In this document: in pieces, positions 27,654 to 36,898 of the stretch
Position numbering within the stretch: the stretch's first letter is position 1
Layout: each line of letters starts with the position of its first letter
Source: a bacterium
GTDB lineage: Bacteria > Omnitrophota > Gorgyraeia > Zapsychrales > Zapsychraceae
Reading direction: 5' to 3'
DNA: 64,000 nt
NCBI GenBank assembly: GCA_030429765.1
Contig: JAUIER010000002.1
Location: forward strand, 130,239-194,238
Translations under genes and position numbers: made by a program
The notes under the pieces: model-generated
What the model saw: the letters and a program-made list of their open reading frames with translations, nothing else
Database searches by the model: none
Told to the model about the DNA's origin: nothing

Positions 27654-28025
27654 CTATTCGTCGGTTTCCATATAAGAGCTTACATAGTCGGCAATGCTTT
27701 CCGCATCTCGCTGAGATATGTCATTGAAGAAAATCGCCACATAATGACTTTCGGTATCGCCGATTTGCTCCGCCCGAACGACAACACCCTCCGCGACAAC
27801 TTGCCTGGAAACATCCTTACCATTCTTCCGTATGGGAAGTAATAGATTCAGCTTTAACTTGGTCATCGGCTCGATGTAACGGTCCACTTTACAGTACAAA
27901 CCGGATCGGCTGATATTGCCTGTCTCCGTGACCATATCTCCCTCATCCCGGGAGATACGGATTGGAATGTTGTTACTGAGTCGTGGATCTCGACGACGAT
28001 CTTGTGATGAATTTTGATCGGTCAA
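27654..28025 (-). CDS. Single-domain PilZ protein (c-di-GMP receptor family)
   Basis: RRDPR (RxxxR) and NISRSGL (N/DxSxxG) motifs. 123 aa. Confidence 0.65.
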   Translation of the reverse strand: MTDQNSSQDRRRDPRLSNNIPIRISRDEGDMVTETGNISRSGLYCKVDRYIEPMTKLKLNLLLPIRKNGKDVSRQVVAEGVVVRAEQIGDTESHYVAIFFNDISQRDAESIADYVSSYMETDE

Positions 28026-28064
28026 ACAGCACCTCGAATTTACAACAAAAACTACTCAAAAAAT

Positions 28065-28243
28065 TTAAGCAGCGGCGTTTTCTTCCGCGGCAGCCTTCAT
28101 CTTTTCTTCAAATGCCTTGAACGCGTTCTTGTTGACGAAATATCTTCCGTTTCGATAATAGCGTTTTTTTCGCTTTAATTGAGTTCCTGTCTGTGCGCAC
28201 TTTTTACTGATATCTTCTTTTGCTTCTTCAGCCATACCGTTAC
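28065..28243 (-). CDS. Small basic hypothetical protein (56 aa) between the two PilZ genes
   Basis: Manual translation: MAEEAKEDISKKCAQTGTQLKRKKRYYRNGRYFVNKNAFKAFEEKMKAAAEENAAA*. Strong RBS GAAAGGAG 10 nt upstream. Below the 60-aa cutoff of the ORF track. Confidence 0.35.
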
Positions 28244-28278
28244 TGCTCCTTTCAACTCATAAGTGTAAATAAATTCTC

Positions 28279-28617
28279 TTAGCTGCAGGCAACTAATTGC
28301 TTGATCTGCCTGCGGGCGTCAAATAACAGTTCCGGGTTTGAAAATTCAACCCCAGCCTGATAATTGTCCATAAAGGGTATTTGGGATATCCAGACAATCC
28401 GCCCCATACATTCGATAGTTTGGCCGGATTGAAGGGTGAGATTCAGCACAACCTCGGTGTTCAGAGGCAGAAATTCTGCTAACCGCAACCTTACGCCGGT
28501 CTCGGACAGGTCATATGCCACACATCCCTTAAAATAGGCGGGATCTTTAAGCTCGTACCGAACCGCTTCTCGAAAATTGATTCTGCGTGCTACCCGTTTC
28601 TCATCAATGACGTCCAT
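28279..28617 (-). CDS. Single-domain PilZ protein
   Basis: RRINFR (RxxxR) and DLSETGV (DxSxxG) motifs. 112 aa. Confidence 0.65.
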   Translation of the reverse strand: MDVIDEKRVARRINFREAVRYELKDPAYFKGCVAYDLSETGVRLRLAEFLPLNTEVVLNLTLQSGQTIECMGRIVWISQIPFMDNYQAGVEFSNPELLFDARRQIKQLVACS

Positions 28618-28788
28618 ATCAACCTTTACATCAAATTTAACCCTATTTATTTGAGTGCATTATAGCATAAACCCCTATCGGCACAATGTTTTTTTTGAGC
28701 CGCCCCGCGAGAACAAATTTCCCCAAAAATACTTTAACCCCTTATTCTACAGGCAATTAAGAATACCTAAATCTGCAATAAATTACAA

Positions 28789-28824
28789 AACGAGGTTTAC
28801 CTCGTTATGGGCACATGATATAAT
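28789..28824 (+). promoter_or_regulatory. exeA promoter: -10 TATAAT (28819..28824) 8 nt from the ATG (leaderless-type), -35 TTTACC inside an 8-bp inverted repeat (AACGAGGT/ACCTCGTT)
   Basis: Read directly in the divergent region between the PilZ (-) and exeA (+) genes. Confidence 0.4.
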
Positions 28825-28832
28825 CCGATTGC

Positions 28833-29651
28833 ATGTACAAAGAATTTTACCATCTCAAAGAGAATCCATTTAACATCACAGCCGACCCGGACTTCTATTT
28901 CTCGAGCCAGCAGCACAAAGAGGCCATCACCCATCTGATCTACGGCATCGAGCAACGCAAGGGCATTATCGCGATAACCGGCGAAATCGGCACCGGCAAA
29001 ACCACGCTGTGCCGAACTGTGCTCAGTCAATTGGATGAAACGGTCAGGACCGCCCTGATCCTCAACCCCAGCTTTTCAGATCTTCAGCTTCTGCGCCTGA
29101 TCCTTGAAGATCTCGGCATCGAGACCAACGCGCGGACAAAATATGAGATGGTTGACGCCCTGAATTCTTTTCTGCTTGAGGAAGCCTCTCAGGGAAATAA
29201 TGTGGTCTTGATCATTGATGAGGCCCAGAACCTCAAGGTCAATCAACTGGAGCAAGTTCGCCTGCTATCCAATCTTGAGACCGAAAAAGAAAAATTGCTG
29301 CAGATTGTTCTCGTCGGTCAACCGGAACTTGTGGACAAGCTCAAGCTCAATGAATTACGTCAGTTGAACCAACGCATTGCCGTTCGGTTTCATATCGGCT
29401 CGCTGACTCGGGAGGAAATCAAAGAGTACATCCGTCACCGTCTGAAGGTTGCCCAGGATTCCGAATTTACACGATATGCCGTGCATTTTACCGAGGAAGC
29501 CGTCGAAGCCATTTTCAATATATCCAAAGGCACACCCCGCATGGTCAATATCCTGTGTGACCGGGCGTTACTTGCCGGATACGCGGCCGAAACGTTTACG
29601 ATCGACGAAAATATAATACATAAATGTTCAAGGGAGGTCGGACAAAAATGA
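28833..29651 (+). CDS. ExeA/GspA-family AAA ATPase (general secretion pathway protein A-like)
   Basis: MYKEFYHLKENPFNITADPDFYF (typical ExeA N-terminus), Walker A GEIGTGKTTL, Walker B VVLIIDEAQNL. Confidence 0.8.
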   Translation: MYKEFYHLKENPFNITADPDFYFSSQQHKEAITHLIYGIEQRKGIIAITGEIGTGKTTLCRTVLSQLDETVRTALILNPSFSDLQLLRLILEDLGIETNARTKYEMVDALNSFLLEEASQGNNVVLIIDEAQNLKVNQLEQVRLLSNLETEKEKLLQIVLVGQPELVDKLKLNELRQLNQRIAVRFHIGSLTREEIKEYIRHRLKVAQDSEFTRYAVHFTEEAVEAIFNISKGTPRMVNILCDRALLAGYAAETFTIDENIIHKCSREVGQK

Positions 29652-30247
29652 GCATTATCAATGATGCACTCAAACGGGCTCAAAAAAACATGGCCAAGAA
29701 GGATACCAAGAAACAACCGGAAAAAAAGCCCAAGACCGAAAAGACCGATCCTCCATCAACTATAAAGCAAGCCGCCAGCGCCGCGAAGGGCCCTGTGTAC
29801 CCTACGCCTATTTCACAACAACCCAAAACACCTCCCCCGCCGGCTAAAAAACCGGCCCCTGAAAAACCCAAGGCCAAAGCCAAGAAGAAAAAGAAGAAAG
29901 AAAAAATGTGGTATCAGACAATTTCTGTCATTGTGGCCATATTCTTTCTGATTACCGGCATTCTGATCGCCACCCTCTATTTCCTCAAACAACGATCTTC
30001 TGAAGACGATGGCGACCGCCGAAGCTATCAACCTAAGCGCCTCCAACGCACGTATAAACCGGGCGAGCTCAATCTGAGCGGAACATCACTGATTGAAAAC
30101 CGCCGGGTTGCACTGATTAACGGGGATATCTACGAAGAAGGGGATGTCGTCGACGGGAACAAGATCATCAGTATTGAATTGAAGAAGGTCGCACTGCAGG
30201 ATCCAGATGGGAAAGTGATTATGCTGCGGGTGAAAAAAGCCGATTAG
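29648..30247 (+). CDS. GspB/ExeB-like protein (T2SSB-type C-terminal domain), single TM, Pro/Lys-rich linker
   Basis: ATGA overlap with exeA. N-terminus MSIINDALKRAQ. TM WYQTISVIVAIFFLITGILIATLYFL. C-terminus LNLSGTSLIENRRVALINGDIYEEGDVVDGNKIISIELKKVAL resembles the GspB C-terminal motif. Confidence 0.55.
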   Translation: MSIINDALKRAQKNMAKKDTKKQPEKKPKTEKTDPPSTIKQAASAAKGPVYPTPISQQPKTPPPPAKKPAPEKPKAKAKKKKKKEKMWYQTISVIVAIFFLITGILIATLYFLKQRSSEDDGDRRSYQPKRLQRTYKPGELNLSGTSLIENRRVALINGDIYEEGDVVDGNKIISIELKKVALQDPDGKVIMLRVKKAD

Positions 30248-31332
30248 GCCATATATTTCTTGATCGCAGCGCGGATGATCTTCATATCGACGCCTTCCAC
30301 CACGGTGACGCGACCGATCCCACGGCAAAGAACAAAGCGATTCTTACCTGAAATAAATTTTTTATCATGACGCATCAGTTTGAGAATCGTCGCTATTTCT
30401 AGATTCTCAAATTTCTCCGGTAATCCTACATCCGAGATCAGCCGATTCATCCGTCTCAGTTTGGCCTCGGTCACCATACCATATTTATAGGAAATTTCGC
30501 CGGCAATCCGCATGCCGACAGCAATCGCCTGACCATGATCGTACTGAGTAAAATTCCCCGCGGCCTCAATGGCGTGCCCGACCGTGTGACCATAGTTGAG
30601 AATCGTTCGAATCCCCAGCGTTTCACGTTCGTCAGCCAGTACGACACGCGTCTTGATCTCGCTGCAGCGCTTGACCACATGCATCAACGCCGTCTTCTCG
30701 CCTTCAAAAATACGATTATAATTGGTCTCAATGTAGGTAAACAACTCGGCATCCTCGATGATACCGTACTTAATCGCTTCGGCAAAACCGTTCTGAATCT
30801 GTCGACGGCTTAAAGTTTTAAGTACCGCCGTATCCGAAAACACCATCTTGGGCTGATGAAAAGCGCCCATTAAATTTTTTCCCACCGTCAAATCCACCGC
30901 CACTTTCCCGCCAATCGAAGAATCAATCTGTGCGAGAAATGTTGTCGGAACCTGAACATACGGGATTCCCCGTTTGTAAGCGGCTGCCACGTATCCGGCT
31001 AAGTCACCGATCACGCCTCCGCCAAAGGCGATAACAAACACCTTTTTGTACACATCGTATTGCGCAATTTTCTCGATTAAGTCAATGGCGACAGTGGCCG
31101 ACTTGCTTTGTTCTCCATCAGGCACGACCATTTCCTTGACGGTAATTCCACTGGCTTTCAAACTCGTTCGCAGCTTTGCCCCATGAAGCTTTTTGATCAC
31201 TGGAGACGTGATAATGACAGCGTCCGTCCCAATCTTCAGCGACTTGATGCGACGACCAATTTCATTGAAACAGTCATAACCGATCAGGATATCGTATGGA
31301 TTCTGGGTAAGTTTGACCTGGATTCGTTTCAT
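30244..31332 (-). CDS. aroB: 3-dehydroquinate synthase
   Basis: GGGVIGDLAGYVAA..., metal-binding HxxxH (NYGHTVGHAIE). Start set to MKRIQVKL, which overlaps the upstream stop as ATGA (the ORF track extends 16 aa further). Confidence 0.9.
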   Translation of the reverse strand: MKRIQVKLTQNPYDILIGYDCFNEIGRRIKSLKIGTDAVIITSPVIKKLHGAKLRTSLKASGITVKEMVVPDGEQSKSATVAIDLIEKIAQYDVYKKVFVIAFGGGVIGDLAGYVAAAYKRGIPYVQVPTTFLAQIDSSIGGKVAVDLTVGKNLMGAFHQPKMVFSDTAVLKTLSRRQIQNGFAEAIKYGIIEDAELFTYIETNYNRIFEGEKTALMHVVKRCSEIKTRVVLADERETLGIRTILNYGHTVGHAIEAAGNFTQYDHGQAIAVGMRIAGEISYKYGMVTEAKLRRMNRLISDVGLPEKFENLEIATILKLMRHDKKFISGKNRFVLCRGIGRVTVVEGVDMKIIRAAIKKYMA

Positions 31333-31952
31333 ATGTTCTGTACTCCCATCCACTGACTGGCCGCAATGATCAGTGGCCATACAATTTTTTGAATCAATCC
31401 CAACGGCAACAACGCGAATACAATGAGAATACCGAAGGGTTCAATCTGACTATACTTTGCCGACCATTTGTTGGGTAACAACCCCATCACCAGCCGAGAA
31501 CCATCCAACGGCGGGATCGGGATCATATTAAAAATAGCCAACACCATGTTGACAACAATCACACACTCACACAGCATGACCATCGTACTGTTTAAATCCA
31601 GCCGCAGAAGTTGACTGAATATCAAAGCCACAATCACATTAATGGCCGGGCCGGCCATGCCCACGTAGATAATCCCCCGCTTGGGATTCCGCAGCCGGCT
31701 AAAGTTAACCGGTACGGGTTTGGCCAGGGCAATTGGATACAAAGGGCTGCCCAGCGTGCGCAGAAAGACCAAAAAAGCCGGAAGAATTACTGAACCGAAC
31801 AAATCCAAATGCTTCAATGGATTAAGCGTAAGACGCCCCATAGACTTGGCGGTGGGATCTCCCAGCCGATTAGCCATCCAGGCATGGGCATATTCATGAA
31901 TCACAAAAGATATCAACAGTGTGGGGATAATATAGAAAAGTTGTTCGTCCAT
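31329..31952 (-). CDS. Site-2-protease-family (M50) zinc metallopeptidase, short form
   Basis: HEYAHAW (HExxH) in TM helix 1, multiple TM segments, 207 aa. Confidence 0.7.
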   Translation of the reverse strand: MDEQLFYIIPTLLISFVIHEYAHAWMANRLGDPTAKSMGRLTLNPLKHLDLFGSVILPAFLVFLRTLGSPLYPIALAKPVPVNFSRLRNPKRGIIYVGMAGPAINVIVALIFSQLLRLDLNSTMVMLCECVIVVNMVLAIFNMIPIPPLDGSRLVMGLLPNKWSAKYSQIEPFGILIVFALLPLGLIQKIVWPLIIAASQWMGVQNI

Positions 31953-31970
31953 AACCGGTCCAAGAATAAA

Positions 31971-32909
31971 TTACAAGACGAGTTGAATACGCTGCACGAC
32001 AACAACAGGCAACGAACCGGAAAGTTCCTGATCCTTGATATAGCCTTCGATCTTGACCCGGTAATTGAGAAACGGAACGAGCAGTTGACTGAAACCATCA
32101 AGGTAGAAAGTACCGGCACCGTCTTCAACGAGCATATACTGATACCCTTCGCCCGATGGATTCTCCGTCAATACTCCAAAAAATTCAGTTTGGGGCGCGA
32201 CTATTTCTTCCACTTGCGGTTCGATTGGCGCCTCAAACGCTGGATCTAGTTCGACAACCTCAGAGATATACTGCTCGTTAATCTCGCCAACGATCTCGGT
32301 TGACGGTTCGACAAACAATTCGTCATTGACCGCTGCGATTTCGACAGGTGCGGGGATAAATCCGCTGACGTCACTGGACACGAATTTTAAAAACTCTTCA
32401 GCCACCCATCCGTACGAATCATCCAAGGGCTGGATTTGATACCATTCGTCGTCGACGTGCTTGACAATATTAAGTCTGTCACCCTTGTTGACTTGTCCCA
32501 AAACCGAGAAATTGGTTCCCGCACCGGCCCTTACATTCACGCGCTTGGCCGTCACCTCACCGTAAATGGAACTAATCAGATTGACATATTCAGATGTGAT
32601 AAAACTTTTGGCGTGCTTGGGCAGGCGGATTTTGTACCAGCTGTAGCTTTTATCAACGACAACCACCTGTTCATCCAGTTTGAGCTGACCCAGCTTTTCA
32701 AAACCGGTGCTCTGGCCGGCGCGAATATTGATATCCGCTTCATTACATTGAGCGACAAAAGGAAAGAATTCCTGCTGTCCCCATACGCTTGACGGGTTCA
32801 TCGCGCAGACTACTCCGACGATGATCATCCAGGCGATGGTTGTTGTTTGGCGGACGAATATTTGGGTGGGAACAAAAAGAAAATTCAAACGACTATTTCT
32901 TCTTTTCAT
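31971..32909 (-). CDS. Membrane-anchored protein with two bacterial SH3 (SH3b) domains
   Basis: N-terminal TM (IAWMIIVGVVCAMNPSSVWG); ..VVDKSYSWYKIRLP.. and ..VNVRAGAGTNFSVLGQVNKGDRLNIVKHVDDEWYQIQ.. SH3b signatures. Confidence 0.6.
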   Translation of the reverse strand: MKRRNSRLNFLFVPTQIFVRQTTTIAWMIIVGVVCAMNPSSVWGQQEFFPFVAQCNEADINIRAGQSTGFEKLGQLKLDEQVVVVDKSYSWYKIRLPKHAKSFITSEYVNLISSIYGEVTAKRVNVRAGAGTNFSVLGQVNKGDRLNIVKHVDDEWYQIQPLDDSYGWVAEEFLKFVSSDVSGFIPAPVEIAAVNDELFVEPSTEIVGEINEQYISEVVELDPAFEAPIEPQVEEIVAPQTEFFGVLTENPSGEGYQYMLVEDGAGTFYLDGFSQLLVPFLNYRVKIEGYIKDQELSGSLPVVVVQRIQLVL

Positions 32910-33105
32910 CCTTGGGTTCTTCAGCGGCTTTTTTCTTGCGGCCGGCTTTTACCTTAACGATCTTGGTTTTTGGAAGTCCGATTACAGAAACCTCTTCGCT
33001 CCATTTACCCTTTTTCATCAAATCCTTGATGCGTTCGATACGTGTCAAGACCGTCCGTTGCTGAGCGCCGGCTGAATCGACTTTAAGTGATGGGTGTAGT
33101 GACAT
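32893..33105 (-). CDS. Small basic protein with Lys-rich tail (hypothetical)
   Basis: 70 aa, ...KVKAGRKKKAAEEPKDEKKK. 1-nt gap to the SPOR gene; overlaps the SH3 gene start by 17 nt. Confidence 0.4.
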   Translation of the reverse strand: MSLHPSLKVDSAGAQQRTVLTRIERIKDLMKKGKWSEEVSVIGLPKTKIVKVKAGRKKKAAEEPKDEKKK

Positions 33106-33106
33106 G

Positions 33107-33721
33107 TTATAATCTCCTTACTATGAAATCTTTGTATTTATCCTTTAAGCGCTTCGAGAACTTTTTCGCGTCCTGACGATCAGAAAACTTTCCGACACAA
33201 ACAATCGAATGCCGACCTTTCTGCATAATCGATGTTTCGAATCCTTTTTTCTGTAAATTCAGCGCCTCTTGTTTCGCGCTAGACTCTTTTTCAAATGAGG
33301 CGACTTGAATCGTGTATCCTGAAAATTCCGGAACTTCAGGTGGAAGCTCAATATCCAGGATTTCAATCTTCTCTTCAGGAACCTCAACCACTTCCTGGAT
33401 GGACTCCTCAATCACGGGAGGAATCTCCAAAACTTCGACTTTCGGCTCATCAGAGCGGACTATTATAGCATTTTCGTCTGAAATGTCAGCAACATTTTTT
33501 TGAGCCACCTGGCCGGCTTGCACCCGCTTTTGGCCCTGCTGGACCCCCAGACAAAAACAGACCACACCCGCGACAATCAGCACGATACAACCGCCGATTA
33601 GGTGCTCGGTGGATAATATAATTTTACGGGGATTAGAACGCCCGATTGGGGCTTGATACGTGTTTTTGCCGCCTTCAGGGAATAATTCGAACTGAGTCGT
33701 GGAATTATTTGCTTGTGACAT
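33107..33721 (-). CDS. SPOR-domain (peptidoglycan-binding, division-site) membrane protein
   Basis: TM anchor (IILSTEHLIGGCIVLIVAGVVCFCL), C-terminal YTIQVASFEKESSAKQEALNLQKKGFETSIMQKGRHSIVCVGKFSDRQDAKKF (SPOR). Confidence 0.7.
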   Translation of the reverse strand: MSQANNSTTQFELFPEGGKNTYQAPIGRSNPRKIILSTEHLIGGCIVLIVAGVVCFCLGVQQGQKRVQAGQVAQKNVADISDENAIIVRSDEPKVEVLEIPPVIEESIQEVVEVPEEKIEILDIELPPEVPEFSGYTIQVASFEKESSAKQEALNLQKKGFETSIMQKGRHSIVCVGKFSDRQDAKKFSKRLKDKYKDFIVRRL

Positions 33722-33737
33722 AACCCTAATTATAGTA

Positions 33738-34748
33738 CTAAGTTGTATCAGAACTCAAGTAATTTCTGAATTTTTTCTGACGGGTCAGCCCAATAAACGC
33801 CTCGGCCACATTGGGATCGAACTGCGTGCCGCTGTGGCGCTTCAATTCATTGACCGCATCCGCAAATGATAGCGCTTTTTTGTAGGGCCGCTCCGAAATC
33901 ATGGCCAAAAAGGCATCCACCACGGCAATTATGCGGGCCCCCAACGGAATCTGCTCTTTGCGCAGACCGCTAGGATATCCCGATCCATCATACTTCTCAT
34001 GATGATAAAGGATAATCGGCAGCACCGGCTTGAGAAAAGCGACCGGTTTGATCAAAGCCACCGCCCGCGCCGGCTGATTGTGGATCACTTTGAATTCTTT
34101 GGCCGTTAGCTGGCTTTTCTTGGACAGGATCTCGTACGGAATATCAATCGCACCGGCGTCACGCAAAATACTCGCGTAATACAAATTGTCGATCTCTTCC
34201 TTGGAAATCTTGAGCTTCTCTCCCAATGCCTTAACGATGTTAAAGTAGGTTGACGTATTCTTTTTCGACAAAGTCGGCCCATGCTGACGGAGCAGCTCAC
34301 CGATGAATTTGATACTCTCCAAGATAATCTTCTGCTGCCCCTCATAGAGCTGCAGGTTCTTGATGGCCGTCACCGATTGTTCGGTCACCACCGACAACAT
34401 ATCGCGGTCAAATTCAGAAAACGCCTTTTGCCCTCTCTTGCGTCTGACAAAAATGGCGCCGACGATTTCATCGGCCACCAGCGGAAGCCCCAGCAGATGA
34501 TTTTCGGCCACCGAAAATCCTTCCAGCACCCGCTTTTCCTTGACGGAAATTTTCTTTAAATCTTTACGCTTGTCGTGCAGAATATTGATTTGATTGTCAA
34601 ACGCCGCCCGTAAAACCACCGTCTTTTTTTCCGGATCAAGAATTAAAATTGTCGACGAGTCAGCCTTGATGAACTGACACAACAACCGCGTCAGGCGCAA
34701 CACCAGCTCCTGCAAATTAAAGCACGAATTAACCAATCGGTACACCAT
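33738..34748 (-). CDS. GAF-domain–HD-GYP c-di-GMP phosphodiesterase
   Basis: HD-GYP signature ...ILYHHEKYDGSGYPSGL... preceded by a GAF-like domain. Start trimmed to M22 (the longer ORF overlaps the dGTPase gene by 41 nt). Confidence 0.75.
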   Translation of the reverse strand: MVYRLVNSCFNLQELVLRLTRLLCQFIKADSSTILILDPEKKTVVLRAAFDNQINILHDKRKDLKKISVKEKRVLEGFSVAENHLLGLPLVADEIVGAIFVRRKRGQKAFSEFDRDMLSVVTEQSVTAIKNLQLYEGQQKIILESIKFIGELLRQHGPTLSKKNTSTYFNIVKALGEKLKISKEEIDNLYYASILRDAGAIDIPYEILSKKSQLTAKEFKVIHNQPARAVALIKPVAFLKPVLPIILYHHEKYDGSGYPSGLRKEQIPLGARIIAVVDAFLAMISERPYKKALSFADAVNELKRHSGTQFDPNVAEAFIGLTRQKKFRNYLSSDTT

Positions 34749-34770
34749 GTGCACCGCGGATAATATCAGT

Positions 34771-35946
34771 TTATACTTTCTTGAATGGATCGAATAATTT
34801 TTTGTGTTCATCGAGCGCCGATCTATCCGTCATGCCGGCAATGTAATTGCAGACAGCCTGGTATTTTTCTGATTTGGATGCCTGTCCCGTTCGCGGCCAG
34901 ACATCATAGGGTAGTTGGTTGGGATTTTTTTGATACACTTTAAAAATTTGTTTGATGATCCGCCGGGCCTTCTCGGTCATTCGTTCCACCCGATAGTGAC
35001 GGTACAACTTATCCATCAGTAAATCCTGAAGAATTTTCCGTTGCGCCTTCATATCCGAGGAGAAAGCGATGACAGGTTCAGCATCTTCCCGAAGATGATA
35101 GTCTTTGACTTCCTGAGACGATTGAAAATTCGCCTTCTGCAAATTGTTAAATGAGTTATCAAGCAGATCCCGGGTTTGCGTATCAATCAAAAATTTCACC
35201 ACTTGATACTTCAGCATCTCTTTGTTGCGCGGATCCAACTCCGAGTCAATCTTTTGATAGGATTCCCGCCACAGCTGGCTTTCCATCAAGTCATCTTTGG
35301 TGATACAGCCTGATGTCAGGCCGTCGTCAATGTCATGCGACAAATACGCCAGCGCGTCGGCGATGTCCACCACCTTCGCCTCCAGGGTCGGACCGATCTT
35401 CCGGTACTTATCCAGATCGCCCTGTTTATCATAGAAAGTCTCGTGCTTGAGAATCCCGACACGGACTTCTTCCGTCAGGTCGAGCCCCTGGTAGTTTGGA
35501 TATCGTTTTTCAAATTCGGTAACAATCAAATAACTCCGTCGATTGTGATCAAAACCGCCATGCTTCTCCATGATCTCGTTGAGCGCGCGCTCCCCGGCGT
35601 GACCGAATGGCGGGTGTCCAAGATCATGCGCGAGAGCAATCGCCTCAATCAAATCTTCATTGAGACGTAAACTGCGGCCAATCGTCCGGGCGATCTGGGC
35701 CACCTCGATGGTGTGTGTCAAACGGGTCCGATAGTAGTCCCCCTCCAGAATGACAAAAACCTGCGTTTTATATTCCAGTTTGCGGAATGCTTCCGAGTGC
35801 ACGATGCGGTCCCGGTCACGCTGATAACACGTCCGTACCGGATGATGGGTCTGCTCATGCTCACGGCCGGCAGAATCCTTGCTCTTCATCGCGTATGGAG
35901 CCAGAATTTGCTCTTCGAGATCTTCAATATGTTTTCTTGTATTCAT
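34771..35946 (-). CDS. dGTP triphosphohydrolase-like HD-domain protein
   Basis: YQRDRDRIVHSEAFRKL, THTIEVAQIARTIG, ALAHDLGHPPFGHAGE. Confidence 0.85.
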   Translation of the reverse strand: MNTRKHIEDLEEQILAPYAMKSKDSAGREHEQTHHPVRTCYQRDRDRIVHSEAFRKLEYKTQVFVILEGDYYRTRLTHTIEVAQIARTIGRSLRLNEDLIEAIALAHDLGHPPFGHAGERALNEIMEKHGGFDHNRRSYLIVTEFEKRYPNYQGLDLTEEVRVGILKHETFYDKQGDLDKYRKIGPTLEAKVVDIADALAYLSHDIDDGLTSGCITKDDLMESQLWRESYQKIDSELDPRNKEMLKYQVVKFLIDTQTRDLLDNSFNNLQKANFQSSQEVKDYHLREDAEPVIAFSSDMKAQRKILQDLLMDKLYRHYRVERMTEKARRIIKQIFKVYQKNPNQLPYDVWPRTGQASKSEKYQAVCNYIAGMTDRSALDEHKKLFDPFKKV

Positions 35947-36418
35947 CGGTGAGTAACTTGTGCACTTCTTTGAGTGATTGTGAAATAACCTTGGTCTGGG
36001 CGGTTACCGGCATAAAGTTGACATCTCCCTTCCACCGCGGGACGATGTGCACATGGACATGCCCGGGAAATCCGGCGCCAGCCACTTTACCTAAATTGAT
36101 TCCGACGTTGAAACCCTGACATTTCATAACCTTCTTGAGGACAACTTTAATGTTCTCGATCAAGTCGTATAATTCCGTCCGCTCTTCGCGGTTCAGTTTG
36201 GCCGTATCATTCACGTGCCGGTACGGGATCACCATCAAATGACCATTGTTATATGGGTAAATATTCAACACGATAAACGCATGTTGGCCGCGATGAATCA
36301 CATAGTTGGAGCGGTCTTTACGCGTCTCATCCTTGATCCGGCAGAAAACACAGCCTTTGTGTTTATCGACGATCGTGGTCACATATTTGACGCGCCACGG
36401 AGCCCATAACTTATCCAT
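35924..36418 (-). CDS. HIT-family nucleotide hydrolase/transferase
   Basis: Histidine triad GHVHVHIVPRW; 164 aa. Confidence 0.8.
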   Translation of the reverse strand: MDKLWAPWRVKYVTTIVDKHKGCVFCRIKDETRKDRSNYVIHRGQHAFIVLNIYPYNNGHLMVIPYRHVNDTAKLNREERTELYDLIENIKVVLKKVMKCQGFNVGINLGKVAGAGFPGHVHVHIVPRWKGDVNFMPVTAQTKVISQSLKEVHKLLTDEYKKTY

Positions 36419-36898
36419 TTATTTCACCTTGATAATCTTGGGAATGATCTGACCGCTTTTAAATTCGATCGTGCCGTACGAGCAGTACGGCGCCCGGACG
36501 ATATCGTTGGGACTTCCCGGATTGAAGTACAGCACATTATTGATGACTTCATTGTATGGTTCATGCGAATGGCCGAAAATTACCACATCGACCTTGCTGG
36601 ACTTGAATTCACGCATCGCATTGTCGAGGGCCGGCCGCGGTGTACCGTGACCGTGAAACAATCCGATCGAAAACCCCTCGCATTTAAAAACCTGCCGCTG
36701 GGGCAACACCTGCTGCAGCGCCGGATCATCCATATTTCCGAACACGGCCTTGACCTGATTAATTCCCTGAAAGATCTTGAAATCCTCCAGCGAACAAAAA
36801 TCTCCGGCATGAACGATAAAGTCAACTGACTTGAAATCCTGAATTAACTGTTTGGGAATACTTATGGAATGTGTATCTGAAACAACACCTATTTTCAT
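36419..36898 (-). CDS. YfcE/MJ0936-family metallophosphoesterase
   Basis: MKIGVVSDTHS, GDF, GNMD, HGHG, GHSHEP metal-ligand motifs; 159 aa. Confidence 0.8.
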   Translation of the reverse strand: MKIGVVSDTHSISIPKQLIQDFKSVDFIVHAGDFCSLEDFKIFQGINQVKAVFGNMDDPALQQVLPQRQVFKCEGFSIGLFHGHGTPRPALDNAMREFKSSKVDVVIFGHSHEPYNEVINNVLYFNPGSPNDIVRAPYCSYGTIEFKSGQIIPKIIKVK

